Position numbers and translations under genes: made by a program. A model generated the notes under the pieces. The model ran no database searches. It saw nothing but the letters and a program-made list of their open reading frames with translations, and was not told the DNA's origin. Positions 8,107-17,216 of a DNA stretch of 32,000 nt are shown here, one piece after another. Each line of letters begins with the position of its first letter. Positions within the stretch are counted from its first letter, which is position 1. Source of the stretch: Candidatus Electronema aureum. Its GTDB lineage: Bacteria; Desulfobacterota; Desulfobulbia; Desulfobulbales; Desulfobulbaceae. The stretch covers positions 1 to 32,000 of the forward strand of contig NQJD01000011.1 of assembly GCA_004284765.1 (NCBI GenBank). Direction: 5' to 3'.

Positions 8107-8901
8107 TCAGCAATCACGCTTTGGCTGCCAACTGATGTACGCCCAGATTGGTGCATTCCGACGGCGCACGATCACCGTGCCGTCTGCTTTGATCTCGGCG
8201 ATAGAGCGAACATATTGCTCAATCTTCTGCTCCTCCTCCGCGCTCAGACCGTTGAACATCCAGCAACAAGCAGCCAAAGCTTCAGCCCAAGAAGAATACA
8301 GTTGTTCCGCTTCCATGTGGATGTAATCGACCTTGGGCAATCGTCCCATTTGATACAGCAAATTGAAGGGATAGATATAATCTGGGCCAAATTCTAACGT
8401 CCGACCAATGGCGGTAAAGGCATCAGGATCAAAAGGGCCGTGATGACCTACTTTATCCGCAACAATAACCATTCGCCGGGCATAATGTTCTAATTTTTCT
8501 AAAGCCTGATGCAAATCAGGTACGATCAATGAGCGAGATGCCACCACCACATCATGAGTTGCAACATCGTGCTGCTGCCAGTCATCTTGCCAAGATAACT
8601 GCCGCTCTAAGATAGAGAGCATCCCGGCAGAAAAATCAAGGGCCGTTACAGCGCGACAGCGGGCGGCTAAAGGCAACGCTAAGGTGCCAGTGCCACAGCC
8701 CACGTCCAGCACAGTCCACTCAGGCTGCGGCGACAGCAAGGCGATAAATTTTTCAGCATAGGCCGAACTTGCTGCTCGTTCAGCAAAAGAAGGTGCTTTT
8801 TTATCCCAGTCAGCAGCTTCTTTGCCGGTCCAGTTTTGTTTTTTTCGGGCTTGCTGCCAGAGCAGTCCCCAATCCAAATCCTGTATTCGTTCGAGCTGCA
8901 T
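8107..8901 (-). CDS. class I SAM-dependent methyltransferase
   Basis: VLDVGCGTGTLALPLA SAM-binding motif. The ORF track extends to 8970, but the ATG at 8901 (MQLERIQ) has GAAAGG upstream, and a strong + strand promoter occupies 8929-8957. Confidence 0.7.
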   Translation of the reverse strand: MQLERIQDLDWGLLWQQARKKQNWTGKEAADWDKKAPSFAERAASSAYAEKFIALLSPQPEWTVLDVGCGTGTLALPLAARCRAVTALDFSAGMLSILERQLSWQDDWQQHDVATHDVVVASRSLIVPDLHQALEKLEHYARRMVIVADKVGHHGPFDPDAFTAIGRTLEFGPDYIYPFNLLYQMGRLPKVDYIHMEAEQLYSSWAEALAACCWMFNGLSAEEEQKIEQYVRSIAEIKADGTVIVRRRNAPIWAYISWQPKRDC

Positions 8902-8928
8902 CCTTTCACCGTTCAGAAGGGAAATAAT

Positions 8929-8957
8929 TTGACAGCCCGGCTGCCTATGAGTAGAAT
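8929..8957 (+). promoter_or_regulatory. near-consensus sigma70-type promoter upstream of rpmH
   Basis: TTGACA (8929-8934), 17-nt spacer, TAGAAT (8952-8957). It lies about 165 nt upstream of the rpmH ATG. Confidence 0.5.
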
Positions 8958-9124
8958 AATGGGTTCCCAATCAACACATCGGCCTCAGCCTGCCCGTATT
9001 TTGCCATGCCGCCGCCTCTGCTGTCTATGAAAATATTGCCCGTGCAGCGGAATTTCTGCTAAAACAGCCGGACGGCGACAGGCTCAGGCCCTCAAGATCA
9101 AACCCACAATCAGGAATTCACATC

Positions 9125-9262
9125 ATGAGCAAAAGAACATTCCAGCCCAGTAACCTCAAGCGCGCCCGCACTCATGGATTTCGCGCCCGGATGAAAACCC
9201 GCGCTGGTCAGGAAGTGATCAGAAGAAGACGGGCTAAGGGACGGAGGGTACTCTCCGCCTGA
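9125..9262 (+). CDS. rpmH: 50S ribosomal protein L34
   Basis: Not in the ORF track because it is under 60 aa. My translation is [45 protein letters not shown], the canonical L34 sequence pattern. It sits immediately upstream of rnpA. Confidence 0.9.
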   Translation: MSKRTFQPSNLKRARTHGFRARMKTRAGQEVIRRRRAKGRRVLSA

Positions 9263-9267
9263 TCCGC

Positions 9268-9627
9268 ATGAAGCGGTTTGCTCTCCCCAAATCCTGCCTG
9301 CTCAGGAAAACCGGAGAATACAATTTGGTCTATCGAAACGGCAGACGGCTGCGCGGTCAAGGCTTCACATTAGTCTGTCTCAGCAGCAACCTGCCGTTTA
9401 GTCGTTTGGGCATCAGCGTCCAAGTAAAGACGGGTGGTTCAGTGCGCCGAAATCGGATTAAACGGATCATTCGTGAAACCTTTCGTCTGCATCGACAGAT
9501 ATTTCCTTGCTCCTGCGACATTGTTTTCGCAGTACGTCCTGAATTCTCCCTGAACGGCATGAACGCTGTCTGGGCAGCGGTTGCAGGGTTGACCGGAATG
9601 CCGGAGCAGCACGATGAGCAGACCTGA
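9268..9627 (+). CDS. rnpA: ribonuclease P protein component
   Basis: Basic 119-aa protein containing [14 protein letters not shown] and [13 protein letters not shown], in the conserved position after rpmH. Confidence 0.85.
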   Translation: MKRFALPKSCLLRKTGEYNLVYRNGRRLRGQGFTLVCLSSNLPFSRLGISVQVKTGGSVRRNRIKRIIRETFRLHRQIFPCSCDIVFAVRPEFSLNGMNAVWAAVAGLTGMPEQHDEQT

Positions 9628-9859
9628 ACGAAACCGCTGCGGCACTCTCACTGTCGCTTTCTGCCTTCTGTTATTGAGGGGATATCAGCGGTGCATTTCG
9701 CCGTTTTTTCCTCCCTGTTGCCGCTATGTGCCGACCTGTTCTGAATACGCGGCGCAGGCAGTGGCCCGTTACGGCGCAGCGCGGGGCGTATGGATGGCCT
9801 TACTGCGCATCCTGCGCTGTCATCCCTTTGCCAAAGGCGGCTATGATCCTGTTGAATAA
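9614..9859 (+). CDS. yidD: membrane protein insertion efficiency factor YidD
   Basis: [27 protein letters not shown]...[17 protein letters not shown]. It overlaps the end of rnpA by 14 nt. Confidence 0.85.
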   Translation: MSRPERNRCGTLTVAFCLLLLRGYQRCISPFFPPCCRYVPTCSEYAAQAVARYGAARGVWMALLRILRCHPFAKGGYDPVE

Positions 9860-9912
9860 TTCCTCTGCCGGGCCATCATTTCCTGGATTCTTTCACTTGA
9901 AACACAACAGCA

Positions 9913-11574
9913 ATGGACATGCAAAGGGCCTTTTTGGCCATTCTTCTTTCCTTCCTTATTCTCGTCGGCTATCAGTATCTTTTTGTGCCAGTACAGCCGG
10001 TTGTGCCTACGGAAAGCAATCAGCACGTGACTGCTGTGCCGCAGTCATCTGCCCAGTCTGAAACCACAGCCACAACTGCACCGCCTACTCCTGCCGCTGT
10101 TGTCCCGACTGTGGCTCTTGATTCCACGGCCCGCGACATCACGGTTGAAACTCCGCTCTATAAAGCGATTTTCTTTGAACAGGGTGGCGGTCTCAAGAGC
10201 TTCATCCTGAAAAAATATCGGCAAGCGCGGGACAAAAATTCACCGCCAGTAGAGCTGATCACGGTGAGCAGTAATCCGGCGGAATGGCCCATGACCTTCA
10301 CCGTGGACGGTGGCGTAGCGGCAGGGCTGCCTTTGTTCAAGGCAAAAGAAACAGCAATCAGCCTGAATCAGGGCGATGCAAGCCTACTCTTGCAAGCCGA
10401 ACTTGCCAACGGTCTCCACATCGAGCGCAAACTCATTTTTTATGCTGACAGCTACTTGATCGACAGCAACTGCACGGTGACAAACAAAGGGACAGCCCCA
10501 GCGCAAGTGCATCCGACCCTATCCATGAGTAACGGCCCCTTACATTCTGGCGGTGCAGCCAGCTCGCTGTTCAGTGGCCCGGCAGTGTATGTGAATCGCC
10601 AGCTTCATGAAATTTCTGCAAAAGAGCTGAGTAAAGGTCCACTCTCATTCCAAGGCGAGGTGAGCTGGGCGGCGCACATGGACAGCTATTTCATGCTCTC
10701 TCTGCTGCCGAAGAAAAACAGTGGCAGCGCAATCACCGTCATGGCAATCGACGAGAAAAAAATCCGCACCGTTTTAACCAATGGAGCTATAGAGTTGGCT
10801 CCGGGCGATGCCAAGGTTTTTGCGCATGAGGGCTATTTTGGTCCGAAGAAAATGGTCTATCTCAAGCAGGCAGGCTATGACTTGGAAGAAGCGATCAATC
10901 TTGGCTGGTTTGGCGTTCTGGCTAAACCTATGCTCTGGCTGCTCAACTTTTTTCACGATATCTTCGGCAATTACGGCATCGCCATCATTCTGCTGACCTG
11001 TGTGGTCAAAGGAGCCTTCTGGCCGATCACCCACAAGGGCATGAAGTCGATGAAGAACATGCAAAAGATTCAGCCCAAGGTCGCAAAACTCCGGGAAAAG
11101 CACAAGGATGACCCGGTGAAGATGAATCAGGAAATGATGGCCATGTACAAAACCTACAAGGTCAATCCCATCGGCGGTTGCTTGCCGATGTTCATCCAGA
11201 TTCCTTTCTTTTTTGCCCTGTACAAAGTTCTAATGGCGGCTATTGAGCTGCGCCATGCGCCCTTTATGCTTTGGATGCATGACCTCTCTGCGCCAGATCG
11301 GCTGATGCTTGGCTTCGATATCCCTTGGCTGCACGGCATTCCGGTGTTGACCCTGCTGATGGGCGGTACGATGTTTCTTCAGCAAAAGATGAGTCCGACC
11401 ACTGCCGATCCGCAGCAGGCCAAGATGATGCAGATGATGCCAGTCATTTTCACGGTCATGTTTGTCAATTTCGCTTCCGGTCTGGTGCTGTATTGGTTTG
11501 TCAGCAACTTGCTGTCCATTCTCCAGCAGCAGCTGATCAACCGGCAGACTGCGACGGCGGCCACCCCGAACTGA
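9913..11574 (+). CDS. yidC: membrane protein insertase YidC (long Gram-negative form with periplasmic domain)
   Basis: N-terminal TM segment and a large periplasmic region. The C-terminal core contains GIAIILLTCVVKGAFWPI, KMQKIQPKVAKLREK, NPIGGCLPMFIQIPFFFALY and ASGLVLYWFVSNLLSILQQ. Confidence 0.9.
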   Translation: MDMQRAFLAILLSFLILVGYQYLFVPVQPVVPTESNQHVTAVPQSSAQSETTATTAPPTPAAVVPTVALDSTARDITVETPLYKAIFFEQGGGLKSFILKKYRQARDKNSPPVELITVSSNPAEWPMTFTVDGGVAAGLPLFKAKETAISLNQGDASLLLQAELANGLHIERKLIFYADSYLIDSNCTVTNKGTAPAQVHPTLSMSNGPLHSGGAASSLFSGPAVYVNRQLHEISAKELSKGPLSFQGEVSWAAHMDSYFMLSLLPKKNSGSAITVMAIDEKKIRTVLTNGAIELAPGDAKVFAHEGYFGPKKMVYLKQAGYDLEEAINLGWFGVLAKPMLWLLNFFHDIFGNYGIAIILLTCVVKGAFWPITHKGMKSMKNMQKIQPKVAKLREKHKDDPVKMNQEMMAMYKTYKVNPIGGCLPMFIQIPFFFALYKVLMAAIELRHAPFMLWMHDLSAPDRLMLGFDIPWLHGIPVLTLLMGGTMFLQQKMSPTTADPQQAKMMQMMPVIFTVMFVNFASGLVLYWFVSNLLSILQQQLINRQTATAATPN

Positions 11575-11585
11575 GGACATACGTT

Positions 11586-12485
11586 ATGGCAAAAGAACAA
11601 GATTTCTACGGCAGCACTGTTGCCGACGCTATTGCCAATGCCTGCAAGGAGTTGACGGCCTCACAGGAAGAGCTGAACATTGAGGTAATCGAGACTGGCT
11701 CCCCCGGCATTTTTGGTCTTTGCCGGAAAAGAGCGCGTATCCGGGCAAACAGAAAAACACAGCCACGGGCCGCTGCAATCAGTGCGGCCTCGGTAGCTCT
11801 TCCAACGGCAGAGCCAATAACTCCAGTTAAAGAGCCGCAGAAAAAAAAGGAACGGCCAGCTATAGACCAAAAAAAGCCAGTAAAAACGCAGGAAGTAGCG
11901 GTTGTGCCTGAACCCAAAGCAGCGACTCCTGCTCCCATAGCGGAAGAACTTGGGCCGTATGTGCCACCCGCGCCAGAGGCATTAGAAGCAGTGCATCAGG
12001 ATGTGGCCAAGATGCTGGAGCTGATGGGTTGCAGCTCTACGATAACTGTGGAGTTAGAACATCAAACCGTGGTTTGCAAGATCAGCGGCGAGCATCAGGA
12101 AACGCTGACCGGGCAGGAAGGCCGCACGTTGGACAGCCTTCAGTATCTGCTGCGGAAAATGACCTCGCGCCTGCTGCCTGACCGCACCAAGCTCATGCTG
12201 GAAGTCGGCGATTACCGCGAGCGGCGGATTGAGGAGCTGAAAAAACGGGTGCTGGAGCTGGCCGCCAAAGCGCGCGAGGACGGCATGACCCAGGCCATTC
12301 CTGCCCTCAATCCTTCGGAGCGGCGGGAGGTGCACATGCTCCTTCAGGACGACAAAGAAGTGCGCAGCCGTTCGGTCGGCGAGGGGCTGTTCAAAAAGGT
12401 GCTGATCTACAAGCCCGGCAAAAAGAAGCCGTTCCGCAAGGGCGGCAAGGGGCAGCAGAGTGGCGGCGAGCCTGCTGAAGACTGA
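11586..12485 (+). CDS. jag: Jag/KhpB-type RNA-binding protein (Jag_N, KH, R3H)
   Basis: The ORF track starts at 11325, inside yidC. The ATG at 11586 gives MAKEQDFYGSTVADAIANACKEL, a Jag N-terminal pattern. The C-terminal part, PSERREVHMLLQDDKEVRSRSVGEG, is R3H-like. Confidence 0.8.
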   Translation: MAKEQDFYGSTVADAIANACKELTASQEELNIEVIETGSPGIFGLCRKRARIRANRKTQPRAAAISAASVALPTAEPITPVKEPQKKKERPAIDQKKPVKTQEVAVVPEPKAATPAPIAEELGPYVPPAPEALEAVHQDVAKMLELMGCSSTITVELEHQTVVCKISGEHQETLTGQEGRTLDSLQYLLRKMTSRLLPDRTKLMLEVGDYRERRIEELKKRVLELAAKAREDGMTQAIPALNPSERREVHMLLQDDKEVRSRSVGEGLFKKVLIYKPGKKKPFRKGGKGQQSGGEPAED

Positions 12486-13857
12486 GGAGACCATTGCCGC
12501 CATCGCCACCGCTCTAGGCAGCGGCGGCATCGGCATTGTCCGCATCAGCGGGCCGACGGCGGAACGCATTCTGCGGCGGCTGTTCGTGCCGCACAGGTCG
12601 CAGGCCGTTTGGCAAAGCCATCGGCTCTGCTACGGCAAAGTTGTTGACCGCAGCAGCGCGGTGCTGGACGAGGCAATGGCCGTGCTGATGCGTGCCCCGC
12701 ACAGCTACACCTGCGAAGACGTGGCGGAAATCCAGAGCCACGGTAGCTGGCCGGTTTTGCAGGCAATTCTGGCTGAAGTGCTGGCTGCCGGAGCGCGGCC
12801 TGCCGAGCCGGGCGAGTTCACCAAGCGGGCCTTTCTTGCCGGGCGGATTGACCTCACCCGCGCCGAGGCGGTGGCGGATTTGATTGAAGCCCGCACCGCC
12901 GCCAGCGCGAAGCTGGCTGCCGAGCATCTGCAAGGCGCACTCTACGAGCGGATCAGCGCGGTGCGGGACGCGCTGGTTGAGCTGCTGGCGCAGGTGGAGG
13001 TGGCGATAGATTTTCCCGATGATGCCGCTGAGATATTGGAAAGCGGCCATCTGCTGGACCTGCTGCGGACGCGGGCGGCGCAGCCCTTGCAGCGGCTGCT
13101 CGCCTTGGCCGAGCAGGGCCGGGTTTTCCGCGAGGGCATCAAGGCGGTGATCGCCGGGCGGCCCAATGTCGGCAAATCCAGCCTGCTCAACGCCCTGCTG
13201 CGCGAGGAGCGGGCCTTGGTCGCTGATCTGCCCGGCACCACCCGCGACACCATCGAGGAGCTGATTTCGGTGCGCGGCATTCCGGTGCATCTGGTTGACA
13301 CAGCGGGCATCCGTGACCATGCCGACGCGGTGGAAGGGCTGGGCATTGAGCGGGCGCGGCGCAAGGTCGAGCAGGCCGATTTGGTGCTGCTGGTGCTGGA
13401 TGCCTCGCAGGAGCTGACCGCCTCTGACCGCGAGCTGCTGCGCTCGCTGGCCGGGAAAAAGCGCATCCTTGTCCTGAACAAGCTCGACGCTGCCGCGCCG
13501 GATATGCTGGAGCGGATCAGCCGCGAATTTGCTGAGGAAACGCAGGTGCGGACAGCGGCCAAGAGCGGCGGCGGCATCGAGGCCCTGCTCGACGCGATCC
13601 AGCAGGCCGCGCTGGGTAAGGGCGGCGCGATGGAGGAGCGGCTGGCCTGCGCGCCCAATCTCCGCCACAAGCTGATTCTGGAAAAAACCTTGGCCGCCTG
13701 CGCTCAGGTTGAGGCGACCCTGCTGGCGGGCGAGCCTGCCGACCTGCTGGCCGTTGATCTTCAAACCGCCCTTGACCACCTTGCCGACATTGTCGGTCTG
13801 ACCACGCCGGATGATGTGCTGGATGCGGTGTTTTCTAAGTTTTGCATTGGGAAATAA
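12460..13857 (+). CDS. mnmE: tRNA uridine-5-carboxymethylaminomethyl modification GTPase MnmE
   Basis: TIAAIATALGSGGIGIVRISG N-terminus, G-domain motifs GRPNVGKSSLLNAL, DTAG, NKLD, and the C-terminal FCIGK motif. The GTG start at 12460 is tentative and overlaps jag by 26 nt. Confidence 0.9.
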   Translation: MAASLLKTEETIAAIATALGSGGIGIVRISGPTAERILRRLFVPHRSQAVWQSHRLCYGKVVDRSSAVLDEAMAVLMRAPHSYTCEDVAEIQSHGSWPVLQAILAEVLAAGARPAEPGEFTKRAFLAGRIDLTRAEAVADLIEARTAASAKLAAEHLQGALYERISAVRDALVELLAQVEVAIDFPDDAAEILESGHLLDLLRTRAAQPLQRLLALAEQGRVFREGIKAVIAGRPNVGKSSLLNALLREERALVADLPGTTRDTIEELISVRGIPVHLVDTAGIRDHADAVEGLGIERARRKVEQADLVLLVLDASQELTASDRELLRSLAGKKRILVLNKLDAAAPDMLERISREFAEETQVRTAAKSGGGIEALLDAIQQAALGKGGAMEERLACAPNLRHKLILEKTLAACAQVEATLLAGEPADLLAVDLQTALDHLADIVGLTTPDDVLDAVFSKFCIGK

Positions 13858-13880
13858 TAAATTACATAGATTTGCTAGGT

Positions 13881-14606
13881 ATGTCGTTATATAAGAAATG
13901 GCAACGCAGAGAAATTTGCCTCCAATTAGCTTTCAGTGTAATCACCATCATTTTTGCAGTTATATTGATGATGTTTTTTATGCCGCCTGAGATGAGGCGA
14001 GCATTATTTCGTATATTTCTTGATGAACCTATACCAATAATAGGTCTCATGATTACTGGGGTTGCTACTTCAATTGCGAGTAACTACACAGATCAGCGTG
14101 CTCGTGAAGAAAAGATTGAAAAGGTCGAAGAGAGATTCCGTGAACATCCTGAGAAACCGCAGCTTGCATGGGATTTGGCGCGAACCAAACTAGAAAACTA
14201 TCTTGATAGAAATCTCAGCCAAGTACGCTCTATCTATTGGCTCACGCTGATGGTTATGTTTTGTGGGTTTGGATTTGTTCTATTTGGTCTGTTTAAGGCT
14301 GCTCAGAATCCTGAGAAGCTACCGGTCTCAATAGTTGCTTCTGTCTCTGGTGTACTTATAAGTTTCATTGGTGGCTCTTTTCTGCTCATATATCGGTCTA
14401 TTCTTGCTCAATCAAAAGAATATGTGACTGTCCTTGAACGCATCAACGCAGTAGGCATGGCTGTACAGGTTATTGCAAGCATCCCGGATTCAAATGGCGA
14501 GCTTAAACATAGCACCACGGCAGAACTGGCAAAACAACTGCTCAACCTTTATGCAGTTGCGCCTGTGGCACGTGGCGCAGATGAACCGTCAAAGAGTCAG
14601 TTGTAA
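13881..14606 (+). CDS. hypothetical 4-TM membrane protein in an AT-rich insert
   Basis: ATG at 13881 (MSLYKKW). Four hydrophobic helices: LQLAFSVITIIFAVILMMFF, IPIIGLMITGVATSIAS, IYWLTLMVMFCGFGFVLFGLF and VSIVASVSGVLISFIGGSFLLIY. A charged helix lies between TM2 and TM3. The codon style is visibly AT-richer than mnmE. Confidence 0.55.
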   Translation: MSLYKKWQRREICLQLAFSVITIIFAVILMMFFMPPEMRRALFRIFLDEPIPIIGLMITGVATSIASNYTDQRAREEKIEKVEERFREHPEKPQLAWDLARTKLENYLDRNLSQVRSIYWLTLMVMFCGFGFVLFGLFKAAQNPEKLPVSIVASVSGVLISFIGGSFLLIYRSILAQSKEYVTVLERINAVGMAVQVIASIPDSNGELKHSTTAELAKQLLNLYAVAPVARGADEPSKSQL

Positions 14607-14639
14607 TCGGCTGCATGAGCAGAAATTTTTTAAGAATTA

Positions 14640-16682
14640 TTGATGAACCGTTTTGTTGGCATGTGGGGTGATCGTGATGATATGCGTGACAGTTCATCTT
14701 GGGTTAAAAATATTCGGTACAGCGAATGGGCGATGAAAAATGCCTGTACTATCACAGTTGCTTCTTCCATGCAATTAGACAACATCATCTGGCTCCCCGA
14801 CGAAACCAAGGCCATCCTATTCGATATGGACGGCGTTCTGCTGGACAGCCTCGGCCTTGATCTTTCCCTTTGCGGCGAGCTGCTGAAGAAACATCTCGGC
14901 AAGCCGGTCAATCTCTCGAAAGAATTTATCCGCTCCATCTTCGCTTATCATCCGCCGGAATTCTGGCGGCGGATTTTCGCCTTTGTCGAGACCGAACACA
15001 GCATCGCGGCAGCAGATTCCGTGCAAGATGCTGTTCTGGCTGAGTACAATCAAGTCCGTAACGAATCGGTTTTTCCGGTCAATCCGGGCATTGTTGAGAT
15101 TCTTGCCGCCTGCCGGGCGCAGGGCATCAAAACAGCAGTGGTTTCCAATAATCCGACCGAAGATGTACGCAAGATTGTCACGCAGTCGGGCATTGCCGCG
15201 TATTTTGATCTGATTGTCGGCAACGATCTGCACAACCTGCGGCCAAAGCCTGCGCCTGACACCTACATCTACGCTGCAAACCTTTTTGAAGTACCGCCAT
15301 CGCAGTGCGCAGTGATTGAAGATTCTCTGCTCGGCGCAGAGTCTGGCAGCAAAGCAGGCTGCTTCACCATTGGAGTTGCCACGGGTGGCACAACATTTGC
15401 CGCGCTGGAGCAGGCTGATTTCATCCGCAGAGTGTATTCCGCCTTTCTGCCTAATCAGATATCCCTGCACTTTGGCACGCCGACTAAGAAAAAGCTCCTC
15501 ACGCCGAATGATTTTGTCAGCCACATGGTCGAGCATATCGCATGGCGGATGGGATGCGGCATTGATTTGTTCTGGAACAGCAATGACTGGCCGCAGCTGG
15601 GCTTTGCGCTGGGCCGGGCAATTGCCGAATTTCCCCGACGGACGGAGAGCGGGGCTGCGCTGGGCATGATTGACGACGGCAGCGCGGAAGTGGCGGTCGC
15701 CTTTGCCGCCGAGCCGGATTTCCTGATTGAAACCGTGGAGCAGCTTGATCCGACGTGGTTTTTCGGCCTGCGCTGCGAGCAGCTTGCCTCCAGCGCGCCG
15801 CTGCTGGAGCTGCTGCGCGGGCTGACGCAGGGCTTGCAGGCGCGGCTGCATGTCCGCATCTGCGGCGTGGAAGACCCGCACCATGCGTGGGAGGGCGTGT
15901 TCCGTTCGGTCGGTATTGCCCTGAGCAAGATGTTTGCGCCGGAAATGCCGACAGCTCAGGCAGATGCGGCATCAGGCAAGGCCGCTCCGGCGCACGGCAT
16001 CGTGGTTGAGGAGCTGTCTGAGCAGGCCGCCGCTGTGGTACGCACCACTGCGGAAAGCCGGGTGCGCGTGGCGGTGAACTGCGCCGAGCACTGGCCCGGC
16101 ACGTACAGTTTCAAGGTCGGGCCGTCTATTCAGGTCAGCGGCTTCGGCGGCCTGCTGGAGGCGATGGCGCAGGAGGCGGGCTTCACGCTGGCTGTGGATT
16201 TCGTCGCCGAGCGGCTGAGTTCCAGCCATGTGGTGACAGAGGACATCGGCCTTGTGCTGGGTAAGACTTTGAAAGAACTGCTCATTCTCCGCATGAACAG
16301 CTACGGCGTGAACGGCGCGGGCAGCAGCGTCAGCATGGCGGAAGACTTGGCCAGCCAGCCGGTGAGCGTTGGAGTCAGCGTGGAAGGGCGCAAGTTCGTC
16401 AAATTCGTGCCCTTCAGCGAGCCGTACAGCGTGTTTCGCCAGCGGTTCCTGCTCGGCCAAGATGTCTTCGGCGGCCTGTTCTCAGAAGATTTGGACGACT
16501 TCCTCGACGGCTTGGCAGGTGGGCTGGATTGCAGCATCATGATTCATATCCGCGAAAACATTGATCCGGCGGAAGGCTGGCTGCTGCTCTTCCGCCAGCT
16601 TGGCAGGGCGTTGCAGGAAGTATTTCAAGAAAATCCCTGCCGGAAAGGAATTCCGCCGGGTGTGAAGGCGACGCTGTGCTGA
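14640..16682 (+). CDS. HAD-IA phosphatase domain fused to two tandem imidazoleglycerol-phosphate dehydratase-like domains (putative atypical HisB)
   Basis: HAD motifs: ILFDMDGVLLDS, VVSNN, RPKPAPD, EDSLLGAESGSKAG. IGPD-like domain A: FVSHMVEHIAW...LHVRICGVEDPHHAWEGVFRSVGIAL. IGPD-like domain B: RTTAESRVRVAVN...GFGGLLEAMAQEAGF...SSSHVVTEDIGLVLGKTL...IHIRENIDPAEGWLLLFRQLGRAL. The start is uncertain: 14643, 14733 and 14769 are candidates, and 14640-14790 is AT-rich. Confidence 0.65.
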   Translation: MMNRFVGMWGDRDDMRDSSSWVKNIRYSEWAMKNACTITVASSMQLDNIIWLPDETKAILFDMDGVLLDSLGLDLSLCGELLKKHLGKPVNLSKEFIRSIFAYHPPEFWRRIFAFVETEHSIAAADSVQDAVLAEYNQVRNESVFPVNPGIVEILAACRAQGIKTAVVSNNPTEDVRKIVTQSGIAAYFDLIVGNDLHNLRPKPAPDTYIYAANLFEVPPSQCAVIEDSLLGAESGSKAGCFTIGVATGGTTFAALEQADFIRRVYSAFLPNQISLHFGTPTKKKLLTPNDFVSHMVEHIAWRMGCGIDLFWNSNDWPQLGFALGRAIAEFPRRTESGAALGMIDDGSAEVAVAFAAEPDFLIETVEQLDPTWFFGLRCEQLASSAPLLELLRGLTQGLQARLHVRICGVEDPHHAWEGVFRSVGIALSKMFAPEMPTAQADAASGKAAPAHGIVVEELSEQAAAVVRTTAESRVRVAVNCAEHWPGTYSFKVGPSIQVSGFGGLLEAMAQEAGFTLAVDFVAERLSSSHVVTEDIGLVLGKTLKELLILRMNSYGVNGAGSSVSMAEDLASQPVSVGVSVEGRKFVKFVPFSEPYSVFRQRFLLGQDVFGGLFSEDLDDFLDGLAGGLDCSIMIHIRENIDPAEGWLLLFRQLGRALQEVFQENPCRKGIPPGVKATLC

Positions 16683-16722
16683 TTTTCAATAACAAAATTA
16701 TTCTTATTTCATAGAGGATAAA

Positions 16723-17193
16723 ATGCCTATAGCAGAAATAACTGCCGCTCTTGCTGGCGTAAAACATGCCTTTGATATCGCAAACCTCATCAATAATAGT
16801 GAAGTTTCACTGGATGCGGCAGAGGTGAAGTTAAAGTTAGCAGAGTTGATTGATTCTCTTGCTAATGCAAAAATCGAGACAGCAAAATTTAAAGATATTC
16901 TCTTAGAGAGAGATTCGGAGATTCAGCGACTCAAAAAGCAGATAGAGAAAGATGACAATATGGTATATGAAACACCATATTACTTTCTTGTACAGGAGAG
17001 CGGTGAAAAAGACGGGCCGTATTGCCAGCGATGCTATGATAGCAATAAAAAATCAATTCGGCTCCAGTCTCCAAATAAAAATGGCTACTGGAAATGTAAT
17101 GAATGTAGTAGCGATTACAAAGATAGCACATATAATGAACCTGTTTTTACTCGTATAAACAGGTCTCAAGGCAGGTCTGGATGGACTCTTTAG
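16723..17193 (+). CDS. hypothetical coiled-coil + zinc-ribbon protein in an AT-rich insert
   Basis: The N-terminal 70 aa are heptad-like (KLKLAELIDSLANAKIETAKFKDILLERDSEIQRLKKQIE). The C-terminal part carries CQRC-x20-CNEC. AGAGGATAAA lies upstream of the ATG. Confidence 0.55.
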   Translation: MPIAEITAALAGVKHAFDIANLINNSEVSLDAAEVKLKLAELIDSLANAKIETAKFKDILLERDSEIQRLKKQIEKDDNMVYETPYYFLVQESGEKDGPYCQRCYDSNKKSIRLQSPNKNGYWKCNECSSDYKDSTYNEPVFTRINRSQGRSGWTL

Positions 17194-17216
17194 AATTTTT
17201 TTATTTCGCATAGATA

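Noticed and set aside
11325-11585. An upstream extension of the jag ORF that overlaps the 3' end of yidC by 250 nt.
   Set aside because: The ATG at 11586, 12 nt after the yidC stop, yields a typical Jag N-terminus. The extension is an out-of-frame read of yidC.
12514-13779. A 421-aa ORF on the minus strand, entirely inside mnmE. Further shadow ORFs lie at 12545-12766, 12705-12896 and 12942-13670.
   Set aside because: The opposite frame carries unmistakable MnmE motifs. The antisense products are R/G/A/P/Q-rich with no motifs, as expected for long open antisense frames in GC-rich genes.
14817-16460. Several long minus-strand ORFs (355, 157, 151 and 162 aa) antisense to the HAD-IGPD-like gene.
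   Set aside because: The + frame carries HAD and IGPD motifs. The antisense products are Arg/Ala/Pro-rich and without motifs.
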